From the NCBI GenBank assembly GCA_950097015.1, contig CATNEN010000020.1, positions 1 to 64,000 on the forward strand: a DNA stretch of 64,000 nucleotides, in the 5' to 3' direction. The DNA is from Macrostomum hystrix. Its lineage: Eukaryota; Animalia; Platyhelminthes. This document shows, in pieces, positions 34,985 to 46,389 of the stretch. Made by a program: the position numbers and the translations under genes. The notes below the pieces were generated by a model that saw only the letters and a list, made by a program, of their open reading frames with translations, was not told the origin of the DNA and did not search any database. Numbering within the stretch: position 1 is the first letter of the stretch; each line of letters opens with the position of its first letter.

Positions 34985-37900
34985 GAGACAGGGATGAGAC
35001 AGGGGAGGGATAAGACTGGAAAGATGAGACAGGAGATATGAAATAGGGAGGAGAGGAGACAGAGGAGAGATGAGACAGGGGAGAGATGAGACAGGGGAGA
35101 GATGAGACACGGGAGAGATGAGACACGGGAGATATGAGACACGGGAGAGATGAGACACGGGAGAGATGAGACACGGGAGAGATGAGACACGGGAGAGATG
35201 AGACAGGGGAGAGATGAGACAGGGGAGAGCTGAGACAGGGGAGAGATGAGACAGGGGAGAGATGAGACAGGGGAGAGATGAGACACGGGAGAGATGAGAC
35301 AGGGGAGAGATGAGACACGGGAGAGATGAGACACGGGAGAGATGAGACAGGGGAGAGATGAGACAGGGGAGAGATGAGACAGGGGAGAGATGAGACAAAG
35401 GAGAGATTAGACAGGGGAGAGATGAGACAAAGGAGAGATTAGACAGGGGAGAGATGAGACAGGGGAGAGATGAGACACGGGAGAGATGAGACAGGGGAGA
35501 GATGAGACAGGGGAGAGATGAGACACGGGAGAGATGAGACACGGGAGAGATGAGACAGGGGAGAGATGAGACAGGGGAGAGATGAGACACGGGAGAGATG
35601 AGACACGGGAGAGATGAGACAGGGGAGAGATGAGACAAAGGAGAGATTAGACAGGGGAGAGATGAGACAAAGGAGAGATTAGACAGGGGAGAGATGAGAC
35701 AGGGGAGAGATGAGACACGGGAGAGATGAGACAGGGGAGAGATGAGACAGGGGAGAGATGAGACACGGGAGAGATGAGACACGGGAGAGATGAGACAGGG
35801 GAGAGATGAGACACGGGAGAGATGAGACACGGGAGAGATGAGACAGGGGAGAGATGAGACAAAGGAGAGATTAGACAGGGGAGAGATGAGACAAAGGAGA
35901 GATTAGACAGGGGAGAGATGAGACAGGGGAGAGATGAGACACGGGAGAGATGAGACAGGGGAGAGATGAGACAGGGGAGAGATGAGACACGGGAGAGATG
36001 AGACACGGGAGAGATGAGACAGGGGAGAGATAAGACACGGGAGAGATGAGACACGGGAGAGATGAGACAGGGGAGAGATGAGACAGGGGAGAGATGAGAC
36101 AGGGGAGAAATGAGACAGGGGAGAGATGAGACAGGGGAGAGATGAGACACGGGAGAGATGAGACACGGGAGAGATGAGACACGGGAGAGATGAGACAGGG
36201 GAGAAATGAGACAGGGGAGAGATGAGACAGGGGAGAGATGAGACAGGGGAGAGATGAGACAGGGGAGAGATGAGACACGGGAGAGATGAGACACGGGAGA
36301 GATGAGACACGGGAGAGATGAGACACGGGAGAGATGAGACACGGGAGAGATGAGACAGGGGAGAGATGAGACACGGGAGAGATGAGACACGGGAGAGATG
36401 AGACAGGGGAGAGATGAGACAGGGGAGATATGAGACAGGGGAGAGATGAGAAACGTGAGAGCTGAGACAGGGGAGATATGAGACAGGGGAGAGATGAGAC
36501 ACGGGAGAGATGAGACAGGGGAGAGATGAGACAAAGGAGAGATTAGACAGGGGAGAGATGAGACAAAGGAGAGATTAGACAGGGGAGAGATGAGACAGGG
36601 GAGAGATGAGACACGGGAGAGATGAGACAGGGGAGAGATGAGACAGGGGAGAGATGAGACACGGGAGAGATGAGACACGGGAGAGATGAGACAGGGGAGA
36701 GATAAGACACGGGAGAGATGAGACACGGGAGAGATGAGACAGGGGAGAGATGAGACAGGGGAGAGATGAGACAGGGGAGAAATGAGACAGGGGAGAGATG
36801 AGACAGGGGAGAGATGAGACACGGGAGAGATGAGACACGGGAGAGATGAGACACGGGAGAGATGAGACAGGGGAGAGATGAGACAGGGGAGAAATGAGAC
36901 AGGGGAGAGATGAGACAGGGGAGAGATGAGACAGGGGAGAGATGAGACAGGGGAGAGATGAGACACGGGAGAGATGAGACACGGGAGAGATGAGACACGG
37001 GAGAGATGAGACACGGGAGAGATGAGACACGGGAGAGATGAGACAGGGGAGAGATGAGACACGGGAGAGATGAGACACGGGAGAGATGAGACAGGGGAGA
37101 GATGAGACAGGGGAGATATGAGACAGGGGAGAGATGAGAAACGTGAGAGCTGAGACAGGGGAGATATGAGACAGGGGAGAGATGAGACACGGGAGAGACG
37201 AGATAGGGGAGAAATGAGACAGGGGAGAGATGAGACACTGGAGAGATGAGACAGGGGAGAGATGAGACAGGGGAGAGATGAGACAGGGGAGAGATGAGAC
37301 ACGGGAGAGATGAGACACGGGAGAGATGAGACAAGGGAGAGATGAGACAGGGGAGATATGAGACACGGGAGAGATGAGACACGGGAGAGACGAGATAGGG
37401 GAGAGATGAGACAGGGGAGAGATGAGACACGGGAGAGATGAGACACGGGAGAGATGAGACAGGGGAGAGATAAGACACGGGAGAGATGAGACACGGGAGA
37501 GATGAGACAGGGGAGAGATGAGACAGGGGAGAGATGAGACAGGGGAGAAATGAGACAGGGGAGAGATGAGACAGGGGAGAGATGAGACACGGGAGAGATG
37601 AGACACGGGAGAGATGAGACACGGGAGAGATGAGACAGGGGAGAGATGAGACAGGGGAGAAATGAGACAGGGGAGAGATGAGACAGGGGAGAGATGAGAC
37701 AGGGGAGAGATGAGACAGGGGAGAGATGAGACAGGGGAGAGATGAGACACGGGAGAGATGAGACACGGGAGAGATGAGACACGGGAGAGATGAGACACGG
37801 GAGAGATGAGACAGGGGAGAGATGAGACACGGGAGAGATGAGACACGGGAGAGATGAGACAGGGGAGAGATGAGACAGGGGAGATATGAGACAGGGGAGA

Positions 37901-38256
37901 GATGAGAAACGTGAGAGCTGAGACAGGGGAGATATGAGACAGGGGAGAGATGAGACACGGGAGAGACGAGATAGGGGAGAAATGAGACAGGGGAGAGATG
38001 AGACACTGGAGAGATGAGACAGGGGAGAGATGAGACAGGGGAGAGATGAGACAGGGGAGAGATGAGACACTGGAGAGATGAGACAGGGGAGAGATGAGAC
38101 AGGGGAGAGATGAGACAGGGGAGAGATGAGACACGGGAGAGATGAGACACGGGAGAGATGAGACAGGGGAGAGATGAGACAGGGGAGATATGAGACACGG
38201 GAGAGATGAGACACGGGAGAGACGAGATAGGGGAGAAATGAGACAGGGGAGAGATG
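34985..38256. repeat. About 3.3-kb 16-bp minisatellite (GAGAGATGAGACASGG)
   Basis: About 200 copies; the rare variant AAACGTGAGAGC recurs at 36451, 37139 and 37907 (offsets 688 and 768, multiples of 16). Confidence 0.95.
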
Positions 38257-38802
38257 CGAGAAAAATATAAAAAGCTGTAATACTCTTTCTAGAATGAAGC
38301 TTTGAGAAGCGACACTGAGAACCAGTTTTTTTATCTAAGAAACCGTGCAGTTCAAATTGCCTATCCTTACAGATCTAAATGGCTAGTGTTTGAATTTATA
38401 ACTAAACTCAAATAAATTATGTTTGTATCCATTTTGGCTAGGTTCCTAGCAACACTCCCCACAGAGAAATTGCGACTCCCAAAAATAATAAAAACAACTT
38501 GGCTGTCGGGGTTGAACACGCTTTGAACACGTGGCTTTACACGCGAGTCCAGGTAAAATGCCAGGTAAGGACTGATTTTTGATGTCTTTCTTCTTCCCCC
38601 GGTTGCAGTCGCGCGTGTCCCTATAAAAATCCCCCCTCCGCTTGGTTGGGAGCCCCGGTTTTACAATCCCAGCCGACCGAATGACCGAACTGGGAGATCA
38701 TTTCAGACTGGGAGCAGTTTTATTACTGGCGATGGAATTGGGATAAATTGTTACCAATTTATGTTGGGAATTTGCAGGCAGCCCCTGGAATCCCGCGGCA
38801 CC

Positions 38803-38852
38803 AATATACACACACACACTCACTGATGGGTCTCAATTCTCAATGGGAAACT
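38803..38852. repeat. Left arm of an inverted repeat (AATATA-(CA)n-CTCACTGATGGGTCTCAATTCTCAATGGGAAACT); right arm 42447-42526
   Basis: Exact reverse complement over 34 bp, the dinucleotide run and the outer 6 bp; only the (CA)/(TG) length differs. Confidence 0.85.
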
Positions 38853-39264
38853 GGGTGGAGGGGAGCATTGTGCGGAGTCTGCTGAGTTTAATTCGCAGGC
38901 CCCATGTGAGCATGCTCTGCTTGAGGTGCATGGGAGACAATTGACGAATCATAAAAAAAGTGTTCTCGCGGGTCGAGTGGAAGGAAAAACGGAGCTGGGG
39001 AGGCTGCGCACGGGGCACCGGTGCGTGAATTATTTATTGGCCTGATTACCAACTGCCAACTGGTGGAAGCGGCGGCTGCTTTGGCCGGCATCCACTTCAC
39101 CTCCACATGGCTGGGGGTGGGTGCTCAAACGCCAGCCAATGAGCTCGGGCGAACCGGCGCACAATTCATCTCGCTATATTTAACAGTTAGTTTGTTCAGC
39201 CTCCGTCCAAGGACTCCAAGTCAGGAACTCGAGCCAGACTCAAATCGAATCTTGCGCGTCAGTC

Positions 39265-39771
39265 ATGGAAGTTACATCTTGCCAGGAGGCGGTCGACAGC
39301 AGCAGGAGGCGCCGTCGACGAGTCCGAGGCCGAGGCAGAGTCGATGATCACAGCAGCGTCGGCGAAGTCGACTGCGGTGGCAGAGGCCACCGGCGGAGGG
39401 CGGCAGCCAACGAGCGCGAGCGCCGCCGCATGGCCTCGCTGAACGACGCCTTCGAACGGCTGCGGGGAGTCCTGCCAGCCAGCGAGGCGAAGCGCCTGTC
39501 CAAGTACGAGGTGCTGCGGCTGGCCCAGTCCTACATCGCCGAGCTGGCTGACTACCTGGCGATGCAGCGGGACCGAGCCGCCGACGGCGATGGTCAAATT
39601 GATCAGTACGAGCTGCCAACTGATCGAGAAATCGACGATGACGATACCACCGCCGACGGATCGAGCGAGGCGTCGGGCATCGGCATGGAGACGGATAGTG
39701 ACGGAGTCGATGTTGAGACAAACAGCTTGGAGGTGGTTGCTGAGTCCAGATCTGCTTATGCCAAGAGATGA
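39265..39771 (+). CDS. ato: Atonal-family proneural bHLH transcription factor (168 aa, intronless)
   Basis: [29 protein letters not shown]...[14 protein letters not shown]; LSKYExL..AQ.YI is characteristic of the atonal/amos/ATOH1/ATOH7 group; acidic C-terminal tail. The symbol is family-level, not strict orthology. Confidence 0.85.
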   Translation: MEVTSCQEAVDSSRRRRRRVRGRGRVDDHSSVGEVDCGGRGHRRRAAANERERRRMASLNDAFERLRGVLPASEAKRLSKYEVLRLAQSYIAELADYLAMQRDRAADGDGQIDQYELPTDREIDDDDTTADGSSEASGIGMETDSDGVDVETNSLEVVAESRSAYAKR

Positions 39772-39789
39772 TCAGACGTGAGGCGGTAT

Positions 39790-40716
39790 TCTACTGTAAT
39801 CTACTGTAATCTACTGTACTCTACTGTACTGCTCTGCAGTATACTCTTCTGTAATCTACAGTAATCAACTGTAGTCTACTATACTCTTCTGTAATCTACA
39901 GTAATCTATACTGTAATCAACTGTAGTCTACTATACTCTTCTGTAATCTACTATACTCTTCTGTAATCTACAGTAATCTATACTGTAATCAACTGTAGTC
40001 TACTATACTCTTCTGTAATCTACTATACTCTTCTGTAATCTACAGTAATCTATACTGTAATCAACTGTAGTCTACTATAATCTTGTGTAATCTACTATAC
40101 TCTTCTGTAATCTACAGTAATCTATACTGTAATCAACTGTAGTCTACTATAATCTTGTGTAATCTACTATACTCTTCAGTAATCTACAGTAATCTATACT
40201 GTAATAAACTGTAGTCTACTATACTCTTCTGTAATCTACTGTAATCTACTGTAATCAACTGCAATCTACTGCAATCTACTGTACGCTACTGTAATCTACT
40301 GTAATCAACTGCAATCTACTGTAATCTGCTGTAATCTACTGTAATCTACTGTAATCTACTGTACGCTACTGTAATCTACTGTAATCAACTGCAATCTACT
40401 GTAATCTACTGTACGCTACTGTAATCTACTGTAATCTACTGTAATCAACTGTAATCTACAGTAATCTACTGTAATCTACTGTAATCAACTGTAATCTACT
40501 GTAATCTACTGTAATCTACTGTAATCTACTGTACGCTACTGTAATCTACTGTAATCTACTGTAAGCTACTGTAATCTACTGTACGCTACTGTAATCTACT
40601 GTAATCTACTGCAATCTACTGTAATCTACTGTAATCTACTGCAATCTACTGTAATCAACTGTACGCTACTGTAATCTACTGTAATCTACTGCAATCAACT
40701 GCAATCTACTGTAATC
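39790..40716. repeat. 10-bp (TACTGTAATC) tandem repeats with derived longer units, downstream of the atonal stop
   Basis: Direct reading. Confidence 0.9.
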
Positions 40717-42475
40717 TAGTGTACTCTTGTGGAGATAAGAAGTTTCGGCTCTATAGAGCTTGAATGACCATGCCATGTACAGAAATGGATCATCTCACTG
40801 CTATTTTATTCAGTCATGCATGCAGCCCGACTTCAAGACCAGGCATTTTAAACTGTTGTCCCATCTGTAATTAACGAGCCATCGAGTAACGCGTCTCATC
40901 TTTCTCAAAGAGTATTATTTTTTTAGTTCGATGCAATAAATAATTTTGTTGACGGATGACACAACCGCTTCATCCGTGTACAGTAAGTCTGCATTTGAAT
41001 TGTGTGTATGAAATGTTTACTTATATTCAACTTAGCAGATTTCAAATTCTATGTTTTTCTTTGACCTATATGATCGATATTTCGTACAAAATGTGTACTA
41101 TATGCCACTGAATCTCTGTAATGTACTAAAATATAACTATGTTACTCGTTTTTATGTCAATTCAATCATACATGACACCCTTAAAAAGAGTTTTTTACAT
41201 TAGGTGGTTGAAATTTTTCTCAGGTACTGGCTGAACCATCGCTGAGGAAATCGCTGTAGTGAGTGGCGGAACTGGCTTGACTGATAAGGTCACTTGATAG
41301 CAATATAATTTTACTTCACTTGAACGATATTTATATTATTGATAGAAGGGTAACGAGCCTTAATAAACTTATTTCGATGACTGCAGTGTCAGTAACTTAA
41401 AAGCAAACGAAAACTTTCAATGGTTTTGCATTTTTTCAGTACACACGTTACTAAATCAGAGAGACCTAAGTAGGCAGCTCAGCAAGCGAGTCGAAAAGAA
41501 GAGTTAAAGCTATACGGACGTCAATTAAGCACTAAACAGCTTGCTTTGCGGTTACGTTTAAATAAAAGTAGTAGTGAGTACTTAAAAGTAGTATCTGTAG
41601 TAAACTTTGTGAAGTTCGAAAACGAAGTAAAAAGTGAAAGTAAAAATATATAAAAAACAAGTTTATTCCTTACCTCTTAGAAACAAATTGTGCTTTCAAA
41701 ATTTAAGCTAAAATAGTATATTTTCTATACAACTTAGCAATTTTATTTCAAACTTACTAGTAATTGCTGTTTATTTTGTTTTACCGTAGATTTCTTCGAA
41801 ACAAAAAATTGAAGCTTTCCTAATTCGTTCACGAGGCGTGGAATATTATCATGCTCAGTTGCACACAAGAAGGGTGTAAGATTGTGAGAAAATATTTTAA
41901 TTGAACATTTATAAAACCGAGCACTATAAATGTGAGAAAATATTGTGAGAAAATATTTTAATTGAACATTTATAAAACCGAGCACTATTAATATTTGTTT
42001 AAAATACGACAATATTAAAATACTTATGCTACTCACATAACGATCAATTAGTTCAGATAAAAAGGAATGAAGAAAAATCACATTTCCTAAAGGCAGATGC
42101 TCACAAAGTGAAGTGATATACCTGTTCTCTAGTCTATTCGTGTGAGACAAAATAAATGTTAAATTCTGTGCTTATAGGCTAAAATCATGTTTATATATAG
42201 TATAAGCATTTTTTCTTATGAACCAAATATAATAACACATAAAAAATGTTTGTAATATTGAAAAGATTAAAGATGCTCGAGTTAAATTAAATGATAATTT
42301 ATATAAAAGTAAAGTATTTTTATGCCTAAACTGTGTAAAATTATCTTGACTTGACTAAATAATTGACTAGACTTTCTAGCATGCTAATCATGTAAACCTG
42401 CTGATATCATGTGTGGGTTTTGCATTTTTCTTGGATTGTCATGATTAGTTTCCCATTGAGAATTGAGACCCATCA

Positions 42476-42525
<50 letters not shown>

Positions 42526-42569
42526 TCCATTTTTGCATTCACATAGGCCCCTATTCTAATATGGGTGCT

Positions 42570-43296
42570 GGTCCCAGGTCATTCGGTGACAAGACATTTC
42601 GGTGACAGTAATTTCAGACTTTTTCAGTGACAGAATTGGTAAGTTTGGTGACAACTATTTTTGCACCTAAATATGCTGAGAAAACTGCCTTCCACGATCC
42701 AGCAGCTGCTTAAAGCCTGCACTCGCCTTGTCAATCCAAAACTTGAAAAATTATTATTATACACATTTAATTAGGAAAAAAGCAACTATTGAAACTATTG
42801 ACTACTCATTAAATCATTTAATAATTTAACTCATTTAAAGTAAAACCCAGACTTAATCAGAGCGATGCAGCTTCTTATGAATACTTTTAGCATTATATAA
42901 TTAATATTTTTTATGTGTGCATATACATGCGCAACACCCGGCCAAACCGGCCAGGTAAAATGAGGTCAAAGCAAGGTAAGTCACAAAAACCAATTGACCA
43001 AGCGTAGAAAAATCAAAGGGGGCACAAAGGGACAAAAAAGGAAGGCGTGAAGAAAAGGAAAAAAGGAAGAGAAAAAGAGTGCAAATGAGAGCAAACTAAG
43101 TCGTAAATAGAGCAAAAACTAAGTCGCACAGCCAGCTAAGATTTGGGAGGTTGCGCATGTATGTGTGTGTATAGTTAAAATGGAAGGCTGTTTGCATATT
43201 TATGTGCAAAAATAGTTGTCACCAATCTGACCAATTGTGTCACTGAAATGACTTGAGTTGTCACCGAAATGACTGTCACCGAAATGACCTAGGACC
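42570..43296. mobile_element. Non-autonomous DNA transposon (MITE-like) with about 95-bp imperfect TIRs and a near-perfect 8-bp TSD
   Basis: Left GGTCCCAGGTCATTCGGTGACA...GGTGACAACTATTTTTGCAC versus right GTGCAAAAATAGTTGTCACC...TGTCACCGAAATGACCTAGGACC; flanks TGGGTGCT and TAGGTGCT (7/8 match); no ORF. Confidence 0.7.
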
Positions 43297-43304
43297 TAGG
43301 TGCT

Positions 43305-44385
43305 GGTCATTTCGTCAACTGCCACATCATCAACTCGGTTGACAAAGCGACCAACATTTAAGGGTGGTCTTATTGGCAGTTGACGAAATGACCAAGGTTT
43401 AAGGCCGCCTTATTGGCTAGTTGATGAAATGGGTACAGATCAAATCGTCATATTCTAAAATGTCATATGATGATGACAATTTGAGCAAAAGTGTCACAAT
43501 ATTCAATTTAATGTGACGATCTTGACTATTTGTTCATTGCTCATATTAATTATGAATGTGATTTTAATATTTAATGATGCATAATTCAAACAATTAATTG
43601 ATTTAAAGACAGTTAAAAGTAAATGCAGATTAAAAAACACCGATAAAAGCGTTAGGTAGGCACAATGAACAGACAAATGCAATATGCAGATATTGCAAAT
43701 CATGACGATGCAATAGGGCACGTTTGAGCTACATGTACATAGCTACATGCTGAAAAAAATTCAGTGCACATGTTATGTAATGTGCAATGTACTTTGAGTG
43801 GCTCAAATGACATTATTTTTGTAGAGCCAAGTGAGACAAGGCCAAAAATGTATGCTTCGCTTCGCTTATGCTTTCAACAAAGCTGTTTGTGGAGCCAATA
43901 AAATAACAATATGACAACTTTGTTAATGTCACATTGTCCGATGTGGACAATATGACGATTTAGATAATGTTGTTATTTTTTTACAGCCCTCATGACGATT
44001 TAGAATATGATGATTTTGGCTGGAGCCGACGAAATAACCTCACAGTGTTAGTCACTTTGCCAACCAGTTAACACTGTCGAATTTTTTAAGTTAGAATAGA
44101 ACCACCCCTCCCCACCTTCTCATATTGTGTTGGCACCTATCTTTCAACTCTTATAATGAAATCAGTTTTGACACCTCTTTTTGGCATTTTAAGTGTGAAG
44201 TGTGTTCACACCTCTGCCTCACCACCCCACTCACTTTATTGATGACGAACTTGATTGCTTATTTGTTATTAGTAGATGACGAACTGACCAAACTTTAAAG
44301 CATGTCAATTGGCTGGATGACGAAGTGTCCTAACTTTCAAGTGGATGACGAAGTTGTAAGATGACAAAGTGTCTAGGATCCGTCT
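43305..44385. mobile_element. Degenerate inverted-repeat-rich element(s) with GTTGACGAAATGACC-type subterminal motifs
   Basis: 20-bp inverted pair at 43305-43324 and 43375-43394; repeated GATGACGAA motifs ending CTAGGATCC at about 44380; the same motif recurs at 45277-45778. Confidence 0.4.
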
Positions 44386-45322
44386 AGTTAACATCATGCG
44401 TGGATCCAGATGCAAATTGACATTCATTGTAAGAGAACCAACATGTGTGAAAGAGGGAGGGAGAGAGAGTAGGGGGAGTTGTGTGAATAGTCACATTGCA
44501 TGTTGTCTTGTTTTGTTGGAAAACATCCCTCTCCTGGGCGCCCACTTTCTGAAATCCCTACTGAATTGAAACATACAAATTGAAATATCTTTTGCATCTG
44601 TTAATTCCCTCAATCCATTTTCACACCCACCCCCAAAGCTGACAAGGTGCGCCCTATCTTGGTCTTGGTTTCAATCAAAACTTGGGTGGTGCTGGAGCAG
44701 AGGGGTAAATGACACCTTTAATTGGTAGGCACATCCTGTTTTCCTGTACCAGTAACAGTACCAGTACAGGAAAAAAATCATAGTTAAAAAAGGGTCGTAA
44801 CATTAGAAAAATATTAATTGCCATGGCTGTAGATGAAGCACGTGCAATTTCAGCTTCCTACAGCATCCAGCGCTGGAGCAGTGGACATGTTTGCATGGTC
44901 ATGTGCCACTTGTAGGCCTGTGGCAGAGCTCTTCCTGACTCTTACACCATAGTCAGGAAGGTACCAGTAGCATTGTACATGTACATTTACATTGTACTCA
45001 CATGTACATGTAGATGTATGCCCGCACCCACTTAATCTTTGTGACCTTTGTGATATATTTGTGATGACATTGCACCAGTATATTTACACTACAGTATATT
45101 CGAATTCAAGGGACTGTGGTTTTGTGGTATAAACTGAATATAATAATACACTAATTTATTCAGTTTGACCAATTTGAATATGAAAATCATTTTAACAAAG
45201 CATTCCTTGTCTATATTTGTATGGGTTAGGCTATAGTACAAGCCATACAAGTCACGGAACGGGTGATATTTTATTGGCAGCTGACGAAATGACCAAGGTT
45301 TGAGATTGCCCCATTGTCCATT

Positions 45323-45768
45323 TGATGAAATGACCAATATGGGAATCCAGTTGATGAAGTGACCAATATGGGAATCCAGTTGATGAAGTGACCAATATGG
45401 GAATCCAGTTGATGAAGTGACCAATATGGGAATCCAGTTGATGAAGTGACCAATATGGGAATCCAGTTGATGAAGTGACCAATATGGGAATCCAGTTGAT
45501 GAAGTGACCAATATGGGAATCCAGTTGATGAAGTGACCAATATGGGAATCCAGTTGATGAAGTGACCAATATGGGAATCCAGTTGATGAAGTGACCAATA
45601 TGGGAATCCAGTTGATGAAATGACCAATATGGGAATCCAGTTGATGAAATGACCAATATGGGAATCCAGTTGATGAAGTGACCAATATGGGAATCCAGTT
45701 GATGAAATGACCAATATGGGAATCCAGTTGATGAAATGACCAATATGGGAATCCAGTTGATGAAATGA
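45323..45768. repeat. 29-bp minisatellite (GATGAAGTGACCAATATGGGAATCCAGTT)
   Basis: About 15 copies, ending TAGGATCC; the unit resembles the subterminal motif of the upstream elements. Confidence 0.95.
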
Positions 45769-46389
45769 CTAGGATCCTTATAATATTTGAGTAACTCACA
45801 AGAATAAGTTTTGTAATTTATTACTGATACAAAGTGGCAAGATACCTATTATAGATTATGACACAAATTATTAATTTTATTCATTCGCAATACATACATC
45901 ACAGATAGCAGGTTTAATTAGCTAGGCTAATCCTAAAACAAAGATTAGATCAAGAGTTGCCTGGTAGAAAATTCCCTTTCCTTGTTAAGAGAAACATTTT
46001 TTTCTCTAAACAAGTAATTTAAAATTGTTATCAAATAGTTTAAATTTTTGCCCACAAAAAATATATTTTTTGCAGATTCCAGTTACCTAAACACAAGCTA
46101 GCCTAAACACAAAAAGCCTTCATACTCCTTATTGGAATGAGTGGTATTTTTTGTGGATGGCATCCAGCATACTCTTGCATTCTGGCATGGTACCATGACA
46201 TACTCACTAGGTCAGGGTGTGAGAACGTGTAACTGGAAGAAGTTAACAAAAAGAAGAAAACTAGCTATTAGAATGTTTCTTCCTTAGTTATAATTTTGTT
46301 TCAAACATCAAAAGTTGGTTCAAATTGCTTATTTTTTCAGCACAACCATTTTCTGTGTTTAAAAATCTGAGCCACCATCAGGCTAAAAG

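Noticed and set aside
34915-38214. Multiple LSPVSSLPCLISP ORFs up to 855 aa
   Set aside because: The 16-bp minisatellite is open in all minus-strand frames, with no coding signature.
41881-41990. About 45-bp direct duplication (offset 61) in AT-rich DNA
   Set aside because: Ordinary local slippage duplication with no associated structure.
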